Of a DNA stretch of 64,000 bases, positions 18,543 to 27,415 are shown in pieces. The position numbers and the translations under genes were made by a program. The stretch comes from Nitrosomonadales bacterium (lineage in GTDB: Bacteria > Pseudomonadota > Gammaproteobacteria > Burkholderiales > Gallionellaceae): positions 23,689 to 87,688 of the forward strand of contig JACRAT010000034.1 in the NCBI GenBank assembly GCA_016234685.1, written 5' to 3'. Numbering within the stretch: the first letter of the stretch is position 1; each line of letters opens with the position of its first letter. The notes under the pieces are model-generated. The model did not search any database and was not told the DNA's origin. It saw only the letters and a program-made list of their open reading frames with translations.

Positions 18543-21500
18543 CTATGGTTTGCTGGCTGGAACTTCACCTACTTTGGCTACGTTGGGTTCGGCCCAAGAG
18601 CCTGTCACATTGTATTCAAACGATACCAGCTTATCGAGCGGGTCGCGCAGAATCTTGTTGGCGATGAATGTGCCGATACCGACGACCGGACTGACCGCCA
18701 GCACCCCCAGCAGAGACACGCTGTTGCCCACCGTCGGCAACACGCGCACACGCAGATTCTGCGTCTCACGCTCCAGATCGACCTCGCCCTTCATGTTGAC
18801 CTTGGCTGACGAACCGTAGATGTTGAAATTATCGGTACGCAACACGCCATGCTGGATCTGCGCGTCGCCGCTGATGCTGTCGAACTGGAAACCCTCGCTG
18901 AACACGTCGTTGAAATCCAGCGTGATACGCTTGGGCAAAGACTGCAAGCTCAGCACGCTGAGCAGCTTGCCGATGCCCGGCTCGAACTTTAGGAACTGGC
19001 CCTTGCCCGTCTCCAACTTCAGATTGCCATCCAGCGTGAGGTAGTTGAACTGCCCCGGCCCACCCGTCCAAGAGAAGTGCCCGTCCAGCTTGCCGCTGCC
19101 CTGCTTCACCGTCTTGGGATAACCCGAACGGTCCAGCAACTTGCCCGCATCGTTGATCTGTAAACTCACGTTCACCCGTGTCTGATCGCGGTGTTCTGCC
19201 TCGTTGTGCGCCAGCTTTCCATCCACCATCAGCGTGCCTTCCGGGTTGACCAGATTCAGCTTTTCCAAGATCCAATCTTTGCCCTGCGGCTGGCCGCTCA
19301 CCTGCAACGAGCCAAGCTGGCGGCCCTTGACGCTGAGACTATCCACCGTCACATCCAGCGCAGGCGGTCTTTCGGTCGGTTCGGCAAGGGCAGTCTCCGC
19401 TGCCGCCTTCTGCTCAGCGGCAGCGGGCTCCTCGACCAGAACGAGGTTCTTCAGATGCACCACCAGCTTGCCCGGCCCTTGCGGCTGCCAGTTGAGTTCG
19501 CCGTTGGCGTTATGCGAATTCAGTTGCACCGACAAAGCGTTGTTGCGGCTGCGCCCGATCAGCTTGACCTCGCCCACGCTGTAATCCGTGGTAACGATCA
19601 GCTTTTGAATATCGAGATCCATCCCGGCGACAGGCAACCCTGACGATGCCGCATCGTCACTCTGCAAACCACCCCAGCCACTCAGCCGCAACTCGGGAAT
19701 ATCGCCGTTGACCCACACGCCGTCCCGATCCAGCCATTTGACCGGCGCGCCGCCAAAATTCAAGGTGCCGCGTTTCAGCACCATCTCATCGTTCACTTCA
19801 TGCCGCAAGAAACGTCCTTCCAGCAGCTTGCCGTATTGCAGCATCAGCAGATCCTGCGTCGCCCCGGCCGTGGCCTTTTTCTCTAAACGCAACGGCATCG
19901 CCTGCTCGGCAGGTTTGTTAAATGGCTGCGGCAAGGTCGATTCCAGCCCCACCAGACTGGAACTGAACACCGCGCTGACTTTCTTCTTCTGCACCGAGAT
20001 GTCCGCCGACCAAGGCGTGCGGCCATGCAGATAGCGGATCACCGGATACGGCTCGGCCCCGCGCAGCGCTTCCATGTTCGCCACCCCGGCGACCTTGGCC
20101 CGCACCACACCTTCGTCGCTGCTGTTCACCTGCAAGGTCGCCGGGCCACCCAAGATCAGCGCCGAGACGTTCTGCGTGCGGACGGTGGATTCGGTGAAGA
20201 TGAGATCGCCATTGGTCTTTTGCAGCGCGGGCACGCCGGCATCCAGCACCACCTCGTTGTTCACAAAGCGATACATGCCCTGCACTTTCACCGGCTTGGC
20301 GTTACCCAGCGGGATGTGCAGCGCCAGATCGAGATGACCGTTGCCGCTGGCCGTCATGGTGTCAGTGAATCCGTCGATGTAGCCGCGCACGGGGCTTTGC
20401 TGGATGAACTCCAGCGCGCGCGCGGTCGGCCCTTGTGCCTCACCCTTGATGTCCAGCACCGGCTCATCCAGCGAAGTATCGGGCATCGTCACCAGTATCT
20501 TCTGCAACGCCACTCCCACAGTGGAGGCAGTGGCGGCTTGCACCTGCAAGCGTTTGCCCTGAATGTGCAGTTCGGCGCTGGGGCTTTCCAATTTGGGCCA
20601 GCCGCTGGCGTAGTCCATCACCAGATTCTTGACTGGCGCATCCAGTTGGAAGATGCCTTTGCTACTGTCGGCAAACGGAAAATCGTTGAGATTGCCTTTC
20701 AGGCGGATGTGTAGATCGTCCGAATGCCCCGCCAGCAAAGCGGTACGCAGCCAGTCACGCGTGGCGGCCGTCATCGCGGAGAGCGGGATGTAGCGGTCGG
20801 CATGGTGTATGTCGGCACGGGAAAGATTGATGGAAAGATCTAGGCTGCCCGGCCCGGTCGCCTCGGTCTGATAGACGCCGGAGATCACCCCGGCGGCATC
20901 CGCATTGACCGCAGTGGCGTTGAGCAACTCGACATGCCAGTCCTTGCCGGTGCGCTTCCAGCGCAGCTGACCGTTAAGTTGGGCGAAAGCCAGCGGCTCG
21001 GCCATTGCCTGCGGCGCATCCACCGCCAGATCATGTGAATGCAAAGTCAGCGTACCTGCATCTTCCGCACCGCTCACCTCGCCGCTCAGCCCAGCGAAGC
21101 CCGGCAGTTGCGCGCTCTTGCGCAGCCCCAAATCCTCGAAACGACCCGCCACCCGATACAGCCTGAACTGCTCGCCCGCACCTTCCCAGTAGATATGAAC
21201 TTCGCTGGCGCGACCTTGCGGAGCAAGCTGTTGCAACTTATGCCGCCAGTCCGCATCCATCGGAAAGAACTGCTCCAGACTCGCCAAAGCGACCAGATCG
21301 AGGTGATTGGCGCGCAACTCGCCGCTGGCCGGATGTTTGCCCGCCGCCTGCTTGAGGTGCAGCGAAAAATCGGTCGGCATCAGCTTCACCCCGTTCACCT
21401 GATGCAAAACCAGTTGATGGGTGAGCACCTCGAATTCGCCGCCGGTATCGTGCCAGGACAAACGACCGCGCAAATGATCCAGCGCCAGCTCCGGCACATC

Positions 21501-22382
21501 AGCGGCCAGCTTGCTCGACACATCCGAGAGCGCGACATCCGCCGTCACTCCGACCAACTCGCCACGCTCGAAACTCAACCAGGCACGCAAGCCGCCGCGT
21601 CCCCGATTGAGCGCCGCAGGCAAAGTCAGCCAAGGCCGCCATGCGGTCACATCGGTGCGCTCCATCTGCACGAAAGCCTGCCCGCGCCAAGCGGCGAGGC
21701 TGGCGAAATTCTTGCCGTAGAAATCGCCGCGCACGTCCAGTGGCGCAGCCAGTTCGGCGGACGGCACGGCACGCAAAGCGAAGCGATGCCGCTTGCTGCC
21801 ATTCTCGATGCGCAGCTCGACCTGCTCGAAACGCAAGGGATCAGCCCCGCGCTGCTCGTCGAACCAGGCGATCGAGGCGTTGTGGATGAGGATGCGATTC
21901 TGGCTCAGCAGCCAATCGGCCAGCCCGTTACCCTCGCTCTGCCCGGACAAGGGAACGCCCGCGACATGGAAACGGCCTTGCTCGTCGCGCCGCACGATCA
22001 GATTTGGCGCGTCGATCTCCAGCGTGTGCAGACGCACACTGCCGCTCAGCAGCGAACGCCAGGACAGGATGTTCTCGACACGCGGCAACACCAGCCCCGG
22101 CTGCCCTTCCTGATCGAGGATGCGCACGTCGTCCACCAGAAGGTGCGGGCGAAAGCCCTTCCAATCCGCCTCGATGTGGCCGATCTTGACCGGCTGGCCG
22201 ATAGACTGCGAGACCGCCGTTTCGATGCGGTCGTGGTACTGCATGATGTCGGGCAGGATGAGGTAGCGCAGCAGCAAGATAGCCAGGCCGAGAACGATGC
22301 TGCCCAGCAATCCGAACACGATAGCCAGATGCATCAGCCAGCCGCTACTGCGCCAGAAAAGTCGGACGGATGCGCTCAGCAT
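18543..22382 (-). CDS. yhdP: YhdP family AsmA-like phospholipid transport protein
   Basis: About 1279 aa with a single N-terminal TM, beta-rich body and C-terminal LPKRITLDF.DVF.EGF.FD...Y.VTGSW.EP. Confidence 0.92.
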   Translation of the reverse strand: MLSASVRLFWRSSGWLMHLAIVFGLLGSIVLGLAILLLRYLILPDIMQYHDRIETAVSQSIGQPVKIGHIEADWKGFRPHLLVDDVRILDQEGQPGLVLPRVENILSWRSLLSGSVRLHTLEIDAPNLIVRRDEQGRFHVAGVPLSGQSEGNGLADWLLSQNRILIHNASIAWFDEQRGADPLRFEQVELRIENGSKRHRFALRAVPSAELAAPLDVRGDFYGKNFASLAAWRGQAFVQMERTDVTAWRPWLTLPAALNRGRGGLRAWLSFERGELVGVTADVALSDVSSKLAADVPELALDHLRGRLSWHDTGGEFEVLTHQLVLHQVNGVKLMPTDFSLHLKQAAGKHPASGELRANHLDLVALASLEQFFPMDADWRHKLQQLAPQGRASEVHIYWEGAGEQFRLYRVAGRFEDLGLRKSAQLPGFAGLSGEVSGAEDAGTLTLHSHDLAVDAPQAMAEPLAFAQLNGQLRWKRTGKDWHVELLNATAVNADAAGVISGVYQTEATGPGSLDLSINLSRADIHHADRYIPLSAMTAATRDWLRTALLAGHSDDLHIRLKGNLNDFPFADSSKGIFQLDAPVKNLVMDYASGWPKLESPSAELHIQGKRLQVQAATASTVGVALQKILVTMPDTSLDEPVLDIKGEAQGPTARALEFIQQSPVRGYIDGFTDTMTASGNGHLDLALHIPLGNAKPVKVQGMYRFVNNEVVLDAGVPALQKTNGDLIFTESTVRTQNVSALILGGPATLQVNSSDEGVVRAKVAGVANMEALRGAEPYPVIRYLHGRTPWSADISVQKKKVSAVFSSSLVGLESTLPQPFNKPAEQAMPLRLEKKATAGATQDLLMLQYGKLLEGRFLRHEVNDEMVLKRGTLNFGGAPVKWLDRDGVWVNGDIPELRLSGWGGLQSDDAASSGLPVAGMDLDIQKLIVTTDYSVGEVKLIGRSRNNALSVQLNSHNANGELNWQPQGPGKLVVHLKNLVLVEEPAAAEQKAAAETALAEPTERPPALDVTVDSLSVKGRQLGSLQVSGQPQGKDWILEKLNLVNPEGTLMVDGKLAHNEAEHRDQTRVNVSLQINDAGKLLDRSGYPKTVKQGSGKLDGHFSWTGGPGQFNYLTLDGNLKLETGKGQFLKFEPGIGKLLSVLSLQSLPKRITLDFNDVFSEGFQFDSISGDAQIQHGVLRTDNFNIYGSSAKVNMKGEVDLERETQNLRVRVLPTVGNSVSLLGVLAVSPVVGIGTFIANKILRDPLDKLVSFEYNVTGSWAEPNVAKVGEVPASKP

Positions 22383-22475
22383 GGAGCGCTCTTGATGAAC
22401 GGGATGGACGGCACGATTCGGGTATTTATAATGCGATGGCGATGCAAGGCTGCATTCTAACTGGAAGCCCCCCCG

Positions 22476-25286
22476 ATGAATACCGCGAACGACTACGAAT
22501 CCCTGCTCCAACGCCTCACTCAATGCAGCCATTACGCCCGCCGCCTGCTCGAAACCGATGCCGCGCTGGGAGATGAGTTGCGCGCCAACCATCTCAACGC
22601 CTTCGACCACGCCACCCTGTTGACGCGATTGAGCGGAGCGACAGACGAAGCCGCACTCTCCAGCGCGTTGCGGCGACTGCGCAAACAGGTGATGCTGCGG
22701 CTGATGCTGCGCGATCTGGGCGGCCTAGCCGATCTCGACGAAGTGATGCGCACCATGACGGCGCTGGCCGAGGTCGCCGTCCAGCAAGCGCAACGCTGCG
22801 TGATGCAGGCGCTCGCGCCCTCCTTCGGTCAGCCGATCGGCGCACAGAGCGGTGCGCCGCAAGAGTTGCTGGTGATCGGCATGGGTAAACTCGGCGGCGG
22901 CGAACTGAACGTCTCCTCCGACATCGACCTGATCTTCATCTATCCCGAAGACGGCGAGACCGACGGCCCGCGCCATCCCCGCGAGGGGGACGCCGCAGGG
23001 TATCCAACGGCTACGCCGTTACCCTCGCGCAGGCTTTCCAACCACGAATTCTTCACCCGCATGGGCAAGCGCCTGATCGCGCTCATCAACGATCTCAACG
23101 GCGACGGCTATGTGTTCCGCGTGGACATGCGGCTGCGTCCCTACGGCGACAGCGGCCCGCTGGTGATGAGCTTTGCCGCGCTGGAGGAATATCTGGTGTC
23201 GCAGGGTCGCGAATGGGAGCGCTACGCATGGATCAAGGCGCGCGTCATCTCACCGGTCGCCCTCGCCGCCGCAAGCGGGCAAGTCGCTGGTTATCTCCCG
23301 CCTGCGGGCGAGGGAGCAAACGAATCGCTACGCGAACTTTACATTCACGAGTTGATGCATCTAGCCCAGCCTTTCGTGTTCCGCAAATATCTGGATTTCG
23401 GCGCGTTCGACTCGATGCGCAAGCTGCACGCGCAGATCCGCGCTGAAGTAACTCGGCGCGACCGGGGCAACAACATCAAACTCGGGCCGGGCGGCATCCG
23501 CGAGATCGAGTTCATCGCGCAGGTGTTCCAGCTGATACGCGGCGGACGCAACGCCGAGCTGCGCATCCGCCCCACCCAACAAGTGCTGAAACTGCTGGTG
23601 GCACACCGCGAACTCAGCGCGGAGAACGCCGCCCGGCTCGACGCCGCTTACATCTACCTGCGCAATCTGGAGCACCGCCTGCAATATCTCGACGACCAGC
23701 AGACGCAGGAACTACCTGACTCGCCAGAGAGTCAGGCCATCATCGCGCAAGGCATGGGCTACGCCGATTACCCCGCGCTGCTGGCCGAGCTGGAACCGCT
23801 GCGCCGCTTCGTCAGCCAGCAGTTCGACACCATTTTCAGCACCCGGCAAAAGACCAGCACCAGCACTTGGTGGCGCGAAGGGCTGAACGAGGAAGAGGCG
23901 ACGAACGCCCTCGCCGCGCTGGGTTACGCCGACGCGGCGACGGTGGCTGAACGGCTGCTGCAACTGCGCAACGGCAGCCGCTACCGCCAGCTGCCCGACC
24001 TCAGCCGTCAGCGGCTGGACCGGCTCATCCCGCAACTCGCCGCGCAGTGCGGCGAGATGACCAACCCCGACGCCACTCTGCTGCGCCTGCTCACGCTGGT
24101 CGAAGCCATCGCCCGCCGCGCCGCCTATCTCGCATTCCTCGCCGAATATCCGCAGGCGCTGCCGCGCTTGGTGAAGCTCGCCGCCGCCAGTGCTTGGGCC
24201 TGCGAATTCCTCACCCAGCACCCCATCCTGCTGGACGAGCTACTGGACACGCGCGAGTTCTACACCCCGCCCGACTGGGCCGCGCTGGATGCCGAACTGA
24301 GCGCCACCCTCGCCGCCTGCGGTGACGATCTGGAGCGCCAGATGGACAGCCTGCGGCTGTTCCAGCATAACCAGATCTTCCACCTGCTGGCGATGGACGT
24401 GCAGCATCTGCTGCCGCTGGAAAAACTCAGCGACCACCTGTCCGATCTGGCCGATCTGATCCTGCGTCATGTGATCGGGCTGGGCTGGAGCGCCCTCGCC
24501 CGCCGCCACCGCGACACGCCGCGCTTCGCCATCATCGCCTACGGCAAACTGGGCGGACGCGAGCTGGGCTACGCCTCCGACCTCGACCTGATCTTCCTCT
24601 ACGACGACGATGCCCCCGATGCCGGCATGATCTACGCCCGCCTCGGCCAGCGCATCAACAGCCTGCTCTCCAGCCACACCGCCTCGGGCCGTTTGTACGA
24701 AGTCGATCTGCGCCTGCGCCCCAACGGCGACAGCGGCCTGCTGGTGAGCAGCGTGGAGGCTTTCGAACAATACCAGCGCGAACAGGCCTGGGTGTGGGAA
24801 CATCAGGCGCTGACCCGCGCCCGTTACAGCGCAGGCGCGGCCGACATCGGCGCACGCTTCGAAACCATCCGCGACAATGTGCTGCGCCAGCCGCGCGACC
24901 TCGCCAAACTGCGCGCCGAGATCGTCGCCATGCGCCAGAAGATGCACGACGGCCACCCCAATAAGAGCGCGCTGTTCGACATCAAGCACGACAGCGGCGG
25001 CATGGTGGACATCGAGTTCATGGTGCAATACCTCATCCTCGCTCATGCCCACAGCCACCCAGAACTCACCCGCAACGCAGGCAACATCGCCCTGCTGCGA
25101 CTCGCCGGTGAATTAGGCCTGATCCCGGCGGAACAAGCCCGCCAGGTCGCCGACTGCTACCGCGAGTTACGCCAGATGCAGCACCGCATCCGCCTCAACG
25201 AACAAGGCCCCTGCCGCATCGCCTCGGAGACGCTGGACACCGCGCCGGTGCTGGAACTGTGGCAAAAATTGATGGTGCTGGAATAA
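22476..25286 (+). CDS. glnE: Bifunctional glutamine synthetase adenylyltransferase/adenylyl-removing enzyme
   Basis: Two nucleotidyltransferase motifs (MGKLGGGELNVSSDIDL, YGKLGGRELGYASDLDL), DMRLRP, KLGPGGIREIEF. Confidence 0.97.
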   Translation: MNTANDYESLLQRLTQCSHYARRLLETDAALGDELRANHLNAFDHATLLTRLSGATDEAALSSALRRLRKQVMLRLMLRDLGGLADLDEVMRTMTALAEVAVQQAQRCVMQALAPSFGQPIGAQSGAPQELLVIGMGKLGGGELNVSSDIDLIFIYPEDGETDGPRHPREGDAAGYPTATPLPSRRLSNHEFFTRMGKRLIALINDLNGDGYVFRVDMRLRPYGDSGPLVMSFAALEEYLVSQGREWERYAWIKARVISPVALAAASGQVAGYLPPAGEGANESLRELYIHELMHLAQPFVFRKYLDFGAFDSMRKLHAQIRAEVTRRDRGNNIKLGPGGIREIEFIAQVFQLIRGGRNAELRIRPTQQVLKLLVAHRELSAENAARLDAAYIYLRNLEHRLQYLDDQQTQELPDSPESQAIIAQGMGYADYPALLAELEPLRRFVSQQFDTIFSTRQKTSTSTWWREGLNEEEATNALAALGYADAATVAERLLQLRNGSRYRQLPDLSRQRLDRLIPQLAAQCGEMTNPDATLLRLLTLVEAIARRAAYLAFLAEYPQALPRLVKLAAASAWACEFLTQHPILLDELLDTREFYTPPDWAALDAELSATLAACGDDLERQMDSLRLFQHNQIFHLLAMDVQHLLPLEKLSDHLSDLADLILRHVIGLGWSALARRHRDTPRFAIIAYGKLGGRELGYASDLDLIFLYDDDAPDAGMIYARLGQRINSLLSSHTASGRLYEVDLRLRPNGDSGLLVSSVEAFEQYQREQAWVWEHQALTRARYSAGAADIGARFETIRDNVLRQPRDLAKLRAEIVAMRQKMHDGHPNKSALFDIKHDSGGMVDIEFMVQYLILAHAHSHPELTRNAGNIALLRLAGELGLIPAEQARQVADCYRELRQMQHRIRLNEQGPCRIASETLDTAPVLELWQKLMVLE
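22974..23033. repeat. Palindromic in-frame insertion 1 in glnE
   Basis: gcgaggg...ccctcgc stem enclosing an aacggc-tac-gccgtt hairpin; adds about 20 aa (HPREGDAAGYPTATPLPSRR). Confidence 0.65.
23260..23342. repeat. Palindromic in-frame insertion 2 in glnE
   Basis: ccctcgcc-gccgcaagcggg...cccgcctgcggg-cgaggg followed by agcaaacgaatcgctacgcgaact; encodes LAAASGQVAGYLPPAGEGANESLREL. Confidence 0.65.
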
Positions 25287-25309
25287 AAAGGTCGCCCTGA
25301 TGGCGACCT
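25284..25309 (-). terminator. Intrinsic terminator hairpin between convergent glnE and DGC
   Basis: aggtcgcc-ctgat-ggcgacct stem; T-run on the minus strand. Confidence 0.65.
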
Positions 25310-25366
25310 CGTTTCTCATCCAAGTCTGCCACCCTCTGCACAATGCCGGAGGCGTGGCTCTCTGTG

Positions 25367-27325
25367 TTATTGAGTGACTTCCTGCATGTCGCTTTGATAT
25401 TGCGTCACTCGATTCCTGCCGGCCTTTTTGGCGTAATACATGGCGATGTCCGCGCGCTTCAGCAGCAGCTTCTCGTCGGTATTATGCGCAGGGTTGACGG
25501 TGAGACCGATGCTGGCCGAAATGGTCAGGGTGTGACCGGCGACATCGAAAGGCTGGTTGAGGATATGCAATATCTTCTCGGCGACCACCAGCGCATCGCT
25601 GTCGTCCTCCAGCGTCGGCAGTAACACCACGAACTCATCGCCACCCACGCGCGCTGCCGTATCCGAATCGCGCAGACACGCTTGCAAGCGAGTGGCGACG
25701 GCCTTGAGCAGCAGATCGCCGACATCGTGACCGTAGGTGTCGTTGACCGGCTTGAACTTGTCGAGGTCGATGAACATCAGGGCCAGATTCAGGCTGTCAC
25801 GCTTGGCCAGCGCCAGCACCTGCCTCATGCGATCCAGCAGCAACGCCCGATTGGGCAGGTCGGTCACGACATCGTAGTGCGCCAAGTACTGCACCTTTTC
25901 CTCGGCTCGTTTACGCTCGGTGATGTCACGCACGATGCCGATGAAGATGCGCCGATCGCCCGTGCGCAACTCGCTGACCGCAAGATCCATGGGAAAGGTC
26001 GAGCCATCCTTGCGTTTGCCCGCCACTTCGCGGCCTATCCCGATGACCCGTTTCTCGCCCGTTTCCAGATAGTGTCGCAGGTAGCCCGCATGTTCATCCC
26101 GATAGGGGGCCGGCATCAACGTTGAGACGTTTGCGCCCATCATCTCCTTGGCGGTATAGCCGAAAAGGTGTTCGGCAGCGCCATTGCAGGAAACGATGAT
26201 GCCGGTTTCGTCTATGGTGATGACGCCATCGAATATATTATCCAGCACCAGCGCCATCAAACGCGCGTGCTCGACCGCGTCGCGGCTTTCCGTTATATCT
26301 TCGATCTGCCCCACGAAGTACTGCGGAATCCCCGCATGGTTGCACAGCAAAGAAAAACTGGCACGCACCCAAACGATGCGCCCGTTCTTATGCAAACAGC
26401 GCTTTTCAATCTGAAAGGAACTCACCTTCTCTCGCAACATGTCCTGAATGTAGCCCATGCCGGGAGTCTGGTCGCCTGGATGCGTCACATCGCTGAACGT
26501 CATTTGTTCCAGTTCATCCCGGCTATAACCCAGAATGTGGCACAGCGCCGGATTGACTTGCATCAGGCTGCCATCCAGCCCCACCGTCACCATGCCGTGC
26601 GGCGCATGATCCGAGACGATGCGGAACCGTGTCTCGCTGGCTTGCAACGCCCCGGTGATGCGCTCGTCGCGGCGCAGCACATACGCCACTCCGCGTATCT
26701 TCACCCAGGCCGTCACTACGACGATGAGAATGGTCGTGCCCAGCAACAGCCAGATCTGACGCAGAGCCAGATCGAACTGCTGTTTCGCTTCGTTGACAAA
26801 GGCCAAGGCCCGATACCGGGAAAATTCGACGACGTAATCCATGTTTGCCGTCATCTGCGAGAACAACTCAGCCCCTTCATCCTTGACGAGCCTCTTCGCC
26901 TCCGACTTGCTGCCATAGACAGCGTGGCCGATGGTACGGCTGCGCAAGCGCCGCCAATCTTCCAACTGACGCTGGACCTCTTTGACCTTCTCGGCATCGC
27001 CCAGAAATCCCGCCTCCACCACATTGATGTCCAGACGCAACTTCTCATCGAGCACATAGGATTCGACAGCCAACTGCTCTATCGCTTTGACATCCTGCGA
27101 CAAAGCGATCTCCAGCATTTTCTCCCGCATCAGATTCATCGAAGCCAATGAATCCAGCGCTGCGTTGTTGACGGTGAACGGGTGAAGATAAAGATCGTTG
27201 GTGATCGTTTGCAAACGATTCATCGTCAGCGCGACCGTGATGCACAGCCAGACAATCAGCACCAGAATCAAGGCATAGGCGATACCGATGATGATGGCGA
27301 GTCTTTTTGCCGTATTTTTCAACAT
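25367..27325 (-). CDS. Membrane diguanylate cyclase: 4HB periplasmic sensor, PAS, FixL-like heme PAS, GGDEF
   Basis: Two TMs around a helical sensor, two PAS domains, RDSD I-site and RVGGDEF. Confidence 0.93.
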   Translation of the reverse strand: MLKNTAKRLAIIIGIAYALILVLIVWLCITVALTMNRLQTITNDLYLHPFTVNNAALDSLASMNLMREKMLEIALSQDVKAIEQLAVESYVLDEKLRLDINVVEAGFLGDAEKVKEVQRQLEDWRRLRSRTIGHAVYGSKSEAKRLVKDEGAELFSQMTANMDYVVEFSRYRALAFVNEAKQQFDLALRQIWLLLGTTILIVVVTAWVKIRGVAYVLRRDERITGALQASETRFRIVSDHAPHGMVTVGLDGSLMQVNPALCHILGYSRDELEQMTFSDVTHPGDQTPGMGYIQDMLREKVSSFQIEKRCLHKNGRIVWVRASFSLLCNHAGIPQYFVGQIEDITESRDAVEHARLMALVLDNIFDGVITIDETGIIVSCNGAAEHLFGYTAKEMMGANVSTLMPAPYRDEHAGYLRHYLETGEKRVIGIGREVAGKRKDGSTFPMDLAVSELRTGDRRIFIGIVRDITERKRAEEKVQYLAHYDVVTDLPNRALLLDRMRQVLALAKRDSLNLALMFIDLDKFKPVNDTYGHDVGDLLLKAVATRLQACLRDSDTAARVGGDEFVVLLPTLEDDSDALVVAEKILHILNQPFDVAGHTLTISASIGLTVNPAHNTDEKLLLKRADIAMYYAKKAGRNRVTQYQSDMQEVTQ

Positions 27326-27415
27326 CTGCGCCTCCCTTCATCTCGGCCAGATCATCCATCAGGCACGGAGAACATGCCCTGCTGCCCGCCCCATCATCAA
27401 ACCAAAGCCTGCTCG

